A DNA stretch of 24,000 nucleotides from an uncultured delta proteobacterium (GTDB taxonomy: Bacteria; Desulfobacterota; Binatia; Binatales; Binataceae), in assembly GCA_963711565.1 (NCBI GenBank), contig CAVQEQ010000003.1, positions 1,335,629 to 1,359,628 of the forward strand. Direction: 5' to 3'. Numbering within the stretch: position 1 is the stretch's first letter; each line of letters begins with the position of its first letter. Position numbers and translations under genes: made by a program. The notes under the pieces are model-generated. The model saw nothing but the letters and a program-made list of their open reading frames with translations. It was not told the DNA's origin and made no database searches. Positions 7,805 to 15,035 of this stretch are shown here, one piece after another.

Positions 7805-7830
7805 AAAAGTGAATCTGGAGGATTCTCACA

Positions 7831-8829
7831 ATGGCCCACGACCACACGATTGTTAACACCGACCTGGAAAGCGTTTTCCACTGGGACTACAGCGTCAAGT
7901 TCCCTCAGATGGACCGGCTGTACGAGAACGCCAAGCGCGATCAGTGGAACGTCTCGACCACCATCAACTGGGACCGTCCGATCGAGAAGGAAGTCCTGGA
8001 CATGACGATGATGCCGATGTTCCAGACCGAGCTCTATCGCTCGTTGAGCGACGAGAACAAGTTCCAGCTCGGCCGCAAATTCGCCGCGTGGCGGCTCTCG
8101 CAATTTCTGCACGGCGAGCAGGGCGCGCTGATGGTTTGCGGGCAGTTGGTTGACGCGGTGCCGGACCTCGACGCCAAGATGAACGCGGCGGCGCAGGTCT
8201 TCGACGAGGCGCGTCACGTCGAAGGTTTCCGCAAGTACATCACCAAGCTCGATCGCATCTACCCGATCGATCCCACGCTCGAACGGCTGCTGACCACCGT
8301 CATGGAACACGATCGTTGGGAGCCCAAGTACGTCGGGATGCAGGTCGTGGCCGAGGGGCTGGCCATCGCGGCGTTCCGCTTTATGCAGCGCGAGACCAAG
8401 GACGAGCTGCTCAAGGAGCTGCTCGAGTACATCATGAAAGATGAGGCGCGCCACGTCGGCTTCGGCATGCTCGCGCTGCGCGACGCCGTGACCAAGCTCA
8501 AGGGCAAGGACAAGAAGGACCTCGAGGACTTCGCCTTCGCCGCGTGCGACATGATGGTGACGAAAGTCGTTGACGGCGTGCCCAAGGACGGCTTCCTGTC
8601 GGGCGCGTCGGTGTTCGAGGAAGTGGGCATCTCGATGAAGGACATCGAGGAAGAGATGCATCGCAATCCGGCGTGGGCGGCGGCGGAGAACGACATGGAG
8701 AAGCAGTTCAACTCGTTCCTGTTCGTCGATACGATCATCCCGTGCCTGCGGCAGATCGATCTGATCAACGACCGCACCGAGTCGTGGTACCAGCAGCTCG
8801 GCGTGATGCAGATGGCTTCGGCGGCATAG
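7831..8829 (+). CDS. Ferritin-like diiron-carboxylate protein (AurF/R2-like oxidase superfamily), putative oxygenase
   Basis: Two E-x-x-H motifs (FDEARHVEGF and MKDEARHVGFG) plus helices carrying HGEQGA and VVAEGLA, the classic four-helix diiron ligand pattern. GGAGGA (7817-7822) lies 8 nt before the ATG. The gene starts 27 nt after the TetR stop, suggesting an operon. Confidence 0.8.
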   Translation: MAHDHTIVNTDLESVFHWDYSVKFPQMDRLYENAKRDQWNVSTTINWDRPIEKEVLDMTMMPMFQTELYRSLSDENKFQLGRKFAAWRLSQFLHGEQGALMVCGQLVDAVPDLDAKMNAAAQVFDEARHVEGFRKYITKLDRIYPIDPTLERLLTTVMEHDRWEPKYVGMQVVAEGLAIAAFRFMQRETKDELLKELLEYIMKDEARHVGFGMLALRDAVTKLKGKDKKDLEDFAFAACDMMVTKVVDGVPKDGFLSGASVFEEVGISMKDIEEEMHRNPAWAAAENDMEKQFNSFLFVDTIIPCLRQIDLINDRTESWYQQLGVMQMASAA

Positions 8830-8858
8830 CTCGCGATTAGCACAGCCAGAATGATGAA

Positions 8859-8892
8859 GGGCCGGTCGTCAACGACCGGCCCTTTTTGTTTT
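8859..8892 (+). terminator. Rho-independent terminator after the diiron protein gene
   Basis: A 10-bp stem gggccggtcg (8859-8868) pairs with cgaccggccc (8873-8882) around loop tcaa, followed by tttttgtttt. Confidence 0.85.
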
Positions 8893-9004
8893 CTAGCGGG
8901 TCGCGCGAAAGGTTGGTTCGCGTTTATTGATTTGCTGTTGTCGAATTGACATTTTGTTTATAGCAGAAGATGACCGGAATAAATTGCAGCGAAGACCAGG
9001 GGGC

Positions 9005-9026
9005 GACAGAATAAATTCCGTCCTGC
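9005..9026 (-). repeat. REP-like 22-nt hairpin unit, upstream flank of the RAYT gene
   Basis: The minus strand reads GCAG-GACGGAATTTATTCTGTC, which is 20/22 identical to the unit at 9489-9510 but in inverted orientation. It forms an imperfect hairpin. A degenerate third copy (gaccggaataaattgcagc) lies at 8972-8990. Confidence 0.65.
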
Positions 9027-9027
9027 T

Positions 9028-9492
9028 ATGAATCCGTGGAAATCGCCTGAGTTGAGTTTCCGCAGAAGGCACCTGCCGCACCTCGAAGTGCCGAACGCCA
9101 CTTATTTCGTCAGTTTCACTTGTCAATATAGACGCGAGCTGCCGGCCGAAGCGCGGGACCTCCTAATGGCTGAGATTCGATCGTTGGACAAAGACACCAT
9201 CGACCTGGATGCTGCGGTGGTAATGCCCGATCATGCGCATGCGATTTTCCGAGTGATCGGGACGCTCACCCTCACCCAGGTTCTGAAAGGCATCAAAGGC
9301 CGCAGCGCTCACCGGATCAATGAGATCACAGAACGGCAGGGCCAAGTCTGGGCACAGGAAACCTTCGATCACATTGTAAGGAGTGAAGCCGATTGGCAAG
9401 AGAAAATTGAATACGTTCGCCAGAATCCAGTTAAATGGGGATTAGTGTCATCTCCAGAGGAGTACAACTGGCTGTATGTTCGTATCAAGTAG
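9028..9492 (+). CDS. REP-associated tyrosine transposase (RAYT) / IS200-like Y1 HUH transposase family protein
   Basis: 154 aa with an N-terminal RRRHLPHLEVPNATYFVSF block, HUH motif VVMPDHAHAIF and catalytic-Tyr block IEYVRQNPVKWGL. No TnpB/IS605 partner is present. GC is lower than in the flanks. Confidence 0.85.
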   Translation: MNPWKSPELSFRRRHLPHLEVPNATYFVSFTCQYRRELPAEARDLLMAEIRSLDKDTIDLDAAVVMPDHAHAIFRVIGTLTLTQVLKGIKGRSAHRINEITERQGQVWAQETFDHIVRSEADWQEKIEYVRQNPVKWGLVSSPEEYNWLYVRIK

Positions 9493-9510
9493 GACGGAAT
9501 TTATTCCGTC
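9489..9510 (+). repeat. REP-like 22-nt hairpin unit, downstream flank of the RAYT gene
   Basis: GTAG-GACGGAATTTATTCCGTC. The stem gacggaat pairs with attccgtc. The unit overlaps the RAYT stop codon (TAG 9490-9492) and sits between the convergent RAYT and GNAT genes. Confidence 0.65.
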
Positions 9511-9532
9511 GGAGGCAGTAGAGAGGAGCGAG

Positions 9533-10036
9533 CTACTTCCGGAATTTCGCGAGCGCTGGGCCACTTAGCTTGTAATTCGGCTCGCCGAATTCTTCGTCAA
9601 CGCCGCCGGTCGGCTCGAAGCCCAGGCTCGTGTACAAAGCGGCGGCGTTGGTGTTGGTGCGGAAGCAGGTTAGCTGGACGGCTTGGCATCGGGGATAGCG
9701 GGCGGCGATCATTTTGAGCACCTTGACCATCGCGGCGCGGCCGTAACCTTTGCCCTGATGCTCCGCGGCGATCATGATGTCGTCGATCCAGTAGTTCTCG
9801 GGGCTGTTCGGATCGCAAACCGTTGTCGCGTAGCCGACTATCTCGTCGCCGGCGCGGATCAGATGCGGCAGATGCTCGAAGTTGTCGCCGAACAGACGCA
9901 CGTAGCATCGCGCGAGCGTCCATCGCGGCGGCGTGACGTAAGTGTGCTGCTCGGGCCGAAGCTCCATCCTGAACAGCTTGCGAAAATTGTTCCGATCGAT
10001 CGGCTCGAGAACTATTTCGTGATCGGTCTTCTTCAT
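9533..10036 (-). CDS. GNAT family N-acetyltransferase (diamine/SSAT-like)
   Basis: Acetyl-CoA binding motif A is IMIAAEHQGKGYGRAAM, followed by ALYTSLGFEPTG. The ATG overlaps the upstream VWA gene stop (ATGA, 10033-10036). Confidence 0.85.
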   Translation of the reverse strand: MKKTDHEIVLEPIDRNNFRKLFRMELRPEQHTYVTPPRWTLARCYVRLFGDNFEHLPHLIRAGDEIVGYATTVCDPNSPENYWIDDIMIAAEHQGKGYGRAAMVKVLKMIAARYPRCQAVQLTCFRTNTNAAALYTSLGFEPTGGVDEEFGEPNYKLSGPALAKFRK

Positions 10037-11640
10037 GATTGCACGTGCAGAAAAATGTCGCGGGCGTGCTCGTCGCTGATGCGCTTGACTGACGTGATTC
10101 GATCGGCGAATTGCGCCAGCGACAACGTCTCCGCCGAGCCCACGTCAACCAGCACTGCGAAGATCGAAAAGTCCAGCTCGTCTTTGCGCCCACGTAAACG
10201 CGCCAGCCAATCCGGACTGACCTGCGACTCGCCGTCGGTGATAATCACGATGTCGCCGCGCTTGAGTTTCTTTTCGCCGAGCAGTTCGACCGCAGCGTCG
10301 ATTGGACTCTCGAAGTCGGTGCCGCCGCCGGGAAAGTACTCGGCCATCTCGACGACCTTGTTCAGGTCCGGCGCGTAGCGCCGCTCGCGATTCAGGTCGA
10401 GCACCTTGAGGCTCACGTCGCCCGACGAAAACATGACGGCGCGAAACAGCCGGCGCTGGCGGCGCGCGATATCCATCAGCGTCAGCGCGACCGCCTTCGA
10501 CCACATCTCCTTGTCGCCCTGCATCGAGGAGCTCACGTCGATACACACGACCATCGGCCCTTTGCCCTTCTGCTCGTCGTCGCGCAGGCGGTACTGAAGT
10601 ACGGTGCCTTCGAGCACGCGGCGATGGAAGTCGCGCTTGAGCACGGGATGATGCATCGCGAGCAGCTCGGCGGGAATCAGGCGTCCGAGCTCGGCGCCGA
10701 GCTCGATGTCGTAAGCCTCGGCGACGCCGCGTTCGAGCGTTTTGCGCTTGAGAGCGCGCGCGTCCTGCTTAAACCGCCCGACCATCCGCGCCAGCTCGCC
10801 GAGTTTCTTGTTGCGCGCGAGGCGCCGCCCGAGTTCGAGGCGCGCACCGGCCGCGACGCGTCCGCCTTGTCCGAATTCGCGGCTGAAGTCATGACTGTCC
10901 TCGGCTGCCTGATCGATTTCCGCGGCCAGCTCGCCGGTCCTGAGCTGCATGCGTTTGAGGGCGGTCTGATCGGCGCCCTTGAGTTGAGTCTCGAACTGCC
11001 GCGACTTCTGATTGAGCCGCGCTTCGGACACTTTGGCCGCGCGCTCGGCCGCGTCGGCCATCTCGGTCAGCTCTTTCTTAGTCGCCTGATCTTTTCCTTC
11101 GCCCGATTCATCCTCGCCCTGTTGCGATTCCTGCATCTCGTTGACGGCTTTCACTGCTTCGGCGCGCGCTTCGAGATCCTGCTCCTGCCGCGCGAGGTTC
11201 CACAGATCGAGCATCTCGTTGCGATTGATCAGCTTTTCGGACTTCATCATCTCGAGCGCATGCTCGCTCATCACGATCGCGGCAATCGCGGCCTTGTCTT
11301 CTTCGAGGGCGGTGCGCGAGCGCAGCGCCTGGAACGGCGCCGACGGGACGATTTGCTCGAGGATCGTGCGGTTGAGCGCGGCCGCGAGGCGCACGTCGCC
11401 GGATTTGCGCATCACAGGGTTCATCTTGAACAGCGCCAGGAACATGTCCTGCACCAGCGCGCCGAAATGGGGCACCAGCCGCTCGCCCGATTCGGCGAGG
11501 TCGGCGATCGACGGCGCGTCGGCGACGATTTCATTCCAAGTGCGCCGATCGTAGCTGTCGCTCTCGAACCACGACGCGTTGGCAGGCACGACCGGCACGT
11601 ACATGCGTCGCGGCTTGACGATTTTGGCTTTGCGCGCCAT
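10033..11640 (-). CDS. ViaA/CoxE-like protein: long helical, coiled-coil-rich N-region plus C-terminal von Willebrand factor A domain
   Basis: The C-terminal VWA domain has a MIDAS motif (VVCIDVSSSM = DxSxS) followed by GGGTDF and IVIITDGES. It is preceded by the ViaA-like block IPAELLAMHHPVLKRDFHRRVLEGTVLQYRL and an E/Q/A/K-rich region. Confidence 0.82.
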   Translation of the reverse strand: MARKAKIVKPRRMYVPVVPANASWFESDSYDRRTWNEIVADAPSIADLAESGERLVPHFGALVQDMFLALFKMNPVMRKSGDVRLAAALNRTILEQIVPSAPFQALRSRTALEEDKAAIAAIVMSEHALEMMKSEKLINRNEMLDLWNLARQEQDLEARAEAVKAVNEMQESQQGEDESGEGKDQATKKELTEMADAAERAAKVSEARLNQKSRQFETQLKGADQTALKRMQLRTGELAAEIDQAAEDSHDFSREFGQGGRVAAGARLELGRRLARNKKLGELARMVGRFKQDARALKRKTLERGVAEAYDIELGAELGRLIPAELLAMHHPVLKRDFHRRVLEGTVLQYRLRDDEQKGKGPMVVCIDVSSSMQGDKEMWSKAVALTLMDIARRQRRLFRAVMFSSGDVSLKVLDLNRERRYAPDLNKVVEMAEYFPGGGTDFESPIDAAVELLGEKKLKRGDIVIITDGESQVSPDWLARLRGRKDELDFSIFAVLVDVGSAETLSLAQFADRITSVKRISDEHARDIFLHVQS

Positions 11641-11764
11641 CGGGATCGATCCTACGTCAGTAAAAACCCGCTCGCCATCGCCATTGCGTCACGATGGTCC
11701 TTGAATGTATCGCTGTATCGGTAACAGAATTGTAACAAGGGTGCGCACGCGACCCGCCAACTAG

Positions 11765-12802
11765 ATGACGCAGGAATCGAACACGCTCTCGAACCGCCAG
11801 CACGCGCTGGTCCTCGCGGCCGTGCAGGAATTCATCTCGACTGCCGAGCCGGTGGGATCGGCGCAGATCGTCGCGCGCCATCAGCTTGGCGTGCGCGCCG
11901 CGATGGTCCGCAACATGATGGCCGAGCTCGAGGACGGCGGTTACCTGCGCCAGCCGCATACGTCGGCCGGCCGCGTGCCGACCGAGAAGGCGTTTCGCTA
12001 CTATGTCGATCATCTGGCCGCGGCGACGCGAATCGGCTTCGAGGATCGCGCGCAGATTGAGCTCCACTACTCAAACGCCGTGCGCAACCTCGGCGAAGTC
12101 CTGCGCGACACGCCGCGCCTGCTTTCGATTCTGACTGGGCAAGCGGCGCTGGTGATGGCGCCGCGGCTGGAAACCTCGATCCTCGAGCGCGTCAATTTCG
12201 TGCGCCTGCGCGACAACCAGGTACTGGCGGTTTTCGTCGCGTCGAAAGGCGCGATGCAGAATCGAATCGTCGATACCGAGCGCGACCATTCGCAGGACGA
12301 GCTCGATCGCATGGCGCGCTACCTCAACGAGTCGCTCGAAGGACGCACGCTCGACGAGGCGCGCCGGTGGATCGAGGCGCAACTGCGCGAGGAGCGCGCC
12401 AACTACGATCGTTTCATGCACGACGCGCTGGCGCTCGGCGAGGCGCTGGCTGATTACGTCGGGCGTGCGGAGTTGTACGTTGAGGGCAGCCTGCAGGCGC
12501 TCGAGCAGCCGGAGTTTTCGGATCGCGGCAAAATGCGCGAGCTGCTGCGCGCGCTCGACGACAAAACCGCGCTGCTCGAACTGCTCGAGCGCAGCCTGAC
12601 TAACGCCGGCCTGACCGTGTCGATCGGCTCGGAGAACTACGACCCGCGCCTGTCGTCGTTGAGCGTGGTCGCTGCGTCGTACGCCAGCGGCTCGAGCGCG
12701 CTGGGCAGCCTCGCGATAGTCGGTCCGGTGCGGATGGACTACGACCGCGTCATCCCTCTCGTCGAGTACACGGCGCGCGCCTTGTCGCGGCTGATGGATT
12801 GA
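11765..12802 (+). CDS. hrcA: Heat-inducible transcription repressor HrcA
   Basis: The N-terminal winged-helix region reads LSNRQHALVLAAVQEFISTAEPVGSAQIVARHQLGVRAAMVRNMMAELEDGGYLRQPHTSAGRVPTEKAFRYYVDHL. The 345-aa length is typical for HrcA. Confidence 0.92.
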   Translation: MTQESNTLSNRQHALVLAAVQEFISTAEPVGSAQIVARHQLGVRAAMVRNMMAELEDGGYLRQPHTSAGRVPTEKAFRYYVDHLAAATRIGFEDRAQIELHYSNAVRNLGEVLRDTPRLLSILTGQAALVMAPRLETSILERVNFVRLRDNQVLAVFVASKGAMQNRIVDTERDHSQDELDRMARYLNESLEGRTLDEARRWIEAQLREERANYDRFMHDALALGEALADYVGRAELYVEGSLQALEQPEFSDRGKMRELLRALDDKTALLELLERSLTNAGLTVSIGSENYDPRLSSLSVVAASYASGSSALGSLAIVGPVRMDYDRVIPLVEYTARALSRLMD

Positions 12803-12813
12803 CTCAATTGAAT

Positions 12814-12836
12814 GTGAAACCCGCGGTGGGTTTCAC
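12814..12836 (+). terminator. Hairpin just after hrcA (possible terminator, no U-tract)
   Basis: A 9-bp stem gtgaaaccc (12814-12822) pairs with gggtttcac (12828-12836) around loop gcggt. A second 6-bp hairpin cagggg-tga-cccctg lies at 12848-12862. Neither is followed by a T-run. Confidence 0.3.
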
Positions 12837-13000
12837 GCTTCCTTCGGCAGGGGTGACCCCTGCACCCAGTATCAAGAAACTCATGCAGTCACGCCAGTTT
12901 TTTCGCTCTGAGCATTAGCCATACTGACGTAACTGTGCTAAATAATTTATCTTAAGACTCCCGGCACCTGCGGCCATTCCGAGTTAGGGAGGTGGCTTTT

Positions 13001-13219
13001 ATGGAACGGGTTGAAGTGGTTGGCGGCAATGTTTTCGTGATTCGGACGCGTCAGTTGAGTCCCGACTGGTGGTGCTGCGACCTTTACGAGCGAGTCGAAA
13101 CGGACGCCGGCGTCGAGGCATTCGTGCTCGAGGATTTCGGCCAATCGGAAATCGAGGCAATCGGGATGGCGCTGAGCGACGCGCACGAGCCCAACCACGT
13201 CCAGCATCACCACCACTGA
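13001..13219 (+). CDS. Small hypothetical protein (72 aa) with a natural C-terminal HHHH tail
   Basis: A strong SD AGGGAGG (12986-12992) lies 8 nt before ATG 13001. The product is MERVEVVGGNVFVIRTRQLSPDWWCCDLYERVETDAGVEAFVLEDFGQSEIEAIGMALSDAHEPNHVQHHHH. No family was recognised. The upstream gap is AT-richer. Confidence 0.5.
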   Translation: MERVEVVGGNVFVIRTRQLSPDWWCCDLYERVETDAGVEAFVLEDFGQSEIEAIGMALSDAHEPNHVQHHHH

Positions 13220-13237
13220 TTCGCGCCGCGCCGAACT

Positions 13238-14959
13238 TCAAACTTTCCCTGCCGACGGCAATATTTTCTGCCGCTCGTAATCAGCAGTAACAGTCTCGAT
13301 TGAGTCCGCCTGATCGGGCGACTTGTCGTCGCGGATGCGCACGATTCGCGCGAATCGCAGCGCCATCCCCGCGTCGTAATTCGGGCTGCGCTGGATATCA
13401 TTATACGCGACCTCGACGACGACCTCCGGGCGCACTGTCACAACGCCGCGCGACTCGGCCGTCTTGAGCGCGAGCAGCCGTTCGGTGATCGCGCGGAATT
13501 GTTCGTCGCTGAGACCCTTGAACGTTTTGCCGAGCATCGCGAACCCGCCATTCTTCGGGTCGCGCGCGGCGAGATGGTAGTTCGACAGCCATCCGTGTCG
13601 GCGACCGTAACCCCACTCCGCCGCGACAATCACGAGGTCCAGCGTGTGCGTATGCTTTATCTTGAGCCATCCGCGGCCGCGCGCGCCGGGCGTGTACGCA
13701 CTCGCGAGCGACTTCGCCATCACGCCTTCGTATCCGGCAGCGACGGCGTCGGCGTAAAATTTCTCGGCGTCGGCGAGATTCGGCTTGATGATGCGCTCGA
13801 CGATTTCCAGGCCGGCCGATGACCGCAACTCCTCGAGCATGGAAATTCTATCCGCCCACGGGCGATCGATCGTAAGCGCGCCGTCGAGCGCGAGCACGTC
13901 GAACACATAGAGCTTCAACGGCTGTTCGGCGCGCGCTTTGTCAACGTCGCGCGTGCGTCCAAACCGGCGCATCAGATCCTGAAATGCGGCCGGACGCCCC
14001 GACGCGTCAACGCCGATCACCTCGCCGTCGAGGATAGCGTGGCTGGCGCCGATTCGATTCACGAGCTCGACCACGTCGGGGATGCTCTCGGTGATCTCGT
14101 TGAGCCGGCGCGAGAAGATTCGTACATCGCCGTCGGCCGCATGATGTATCTGCACGCGCGCACCGTCGAGTTTGTGCTCGAACGATAGTTCGGGGCCGAG
14201 CGTGGCGAATGCTTCCGCAACATCGGCGACCGGAAAGGCCAGCATCGGCTTGAGCGGCTTGACGGCGCGCGGACTCGTCGCAGAGCCGGCAGCGGCGGAC
14301 TTTTCCGCGCCGGGCGAGCGAATCATCCGCACCACGCGGCCGAGGTCGGCCTCGAGCATGTGAATCCGGCGCACTTCGGTGACCGGCCGCGCGCCCATCC
14401 GAGCAATCGCCTCGAGCATCAGCCCTTCGCTGACGCCGTGGCGCATCTCGCCGATAAGAATCTTCGCGATGTACTTACCTTCGAATGCCGACGCACGCGT
14501 GAACAGCTCGCGCAGCGCGTCGAGCTTGCGGTTACGCGCGTGGCGTCCCTCGATCGCGGCAATCTCGGTGAATTTTTGGTTGAGCTCGCGAATCGTAAGC
14601 GTCGGCTCGGGATCGGCGGCGCGAAGCTTGAGCGTCATCTCGATCGCCTCGCCAAAATCTTCGGCGGCGGTGAAGATGTCCTCGCCCTGGTCGGCGCTGT
14701 CGGTCATCTCGGCAACGATTTTCCAGACTGCGCGACCGCTAATCTGGAGGCGCTTTTCCTCGCCCTGCTCGACCGCGCGGCCGACCATGAAGCGCGCCGC
14801 GATTCCAGCTTCGTCAACGTCGAGCGCGGCGAGGAACGTGCCGACCGTCTCGGCCATCTGCACCCGGCTCTGAGTCTGGCTGAGCGACTGGCAGACGACC
14901 GCGAAATCGTAAAACGAAGGCACGTACGAGATTAATCCCGCCCGCCCCGCGTTGCGCAA
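13238..14959 (-). CDS. ATP-dependent DNA ligase, three-domain (DNA-binding + adenylation + OB) type
   Basis: Motif I is EHKLDGARVQIH (KxDG), III is LYVFDVLALDG, IV is EGVMAKS, V is GWLKIKH and VI is LRFARIVRIRDDK. An N-terminal DBD-like region is present. The start is uncertain between TTG 14959 and GTG 14923. Confidence 0.9.
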   Translation of the reverse strand: MRNAGRAGLISYVPSFYDFAVVCQSLSQTQSRVQMAETVGTFLAALDVDEAGIAARFMVGRAVEQGEEKRLQISGRAVWKIVAEMTDSADQGEDIFTAAEDFGEAIEMTLKLRAADPEPTLTIRELNQKFTEIAAIEGRHARNRKLDALRELFTRASAFEGKYIAKILIGEMRHGVSEGLMLEAIARMGARPVTEVRRIHMLEADLGRVVRMIRSPGAEKSAAAGSATSPRAVKPLKPMLAFPVADVAEAFATLGPELSFEHKLDGARVQIHHAADGDVRIFSRRLNEITESIPDVVELVNRIGASHAILDGEVIGVDASGRPAAFQDLMRRFGRTRDVDKARAEQPLKLYVFDVLALDGALTIDRPWADRISMLEELRSSAGLEIVERIIKPNLADAEKFYADAVAAGYEGVMAKSLASAYTPGARGRGWLKIKHTHTLDLVIVAAEWGYGRRHGWLSNYHLAARDPKNGGFAMLGKTFKGLSDEQFRAITERLLALKTAESRGVVTVRPEVVVEVAYNDIQRSPNYDAGMALRFARIVRIRDDKSPDQADSIETVTADYERQKILPSAGKV

Positions 14960-15035
14960 GCGGCCGCGTAGCGTTCTTCAGGAACCAACATCGCAACGAT
15001 GCCGGGAGGCGACAGGGCCTACGGTGATCTCCTCC

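Noticed and set aside
7726-8661. 311-aa minus-strand ORF opposite the diiron protein gene
   Set aside because: It is a shadow ORF. The + strand has an SD, ExxH motifs and a terminator.
8893-9126. 77-aa minus-strand ORF overlapping the RAYT start region
   Set aside because: It has no SD or motifs, it spans the REP-like hairpins, and it overlaps a gene with clear HUH/Tyr motifs.
10624-11724. 366-aa plus-strand ORF opposite the VWA gene
   Set aside because: It is a shadow ORF with an L/R/G/H/E-rich repetitive composition. The minus-strand product has a MIDAS-containing VWA domain.
11641-11764. Searched for a CIRCE operator upstream of hrcA; TTAGCAC half-site look-alikes occur at about 8837 and 17472
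   Set aside because: No matching inverted partner lies at the 9-nt spacing in any of these places, so they are chance heptamers.
14360-14935. 191-aa and 164-aa plus-strand ORFs opposite the ligase gene
   Set aside because: They are antisense to a gene carrying all the ligase nucleotidyltransferase motifs.
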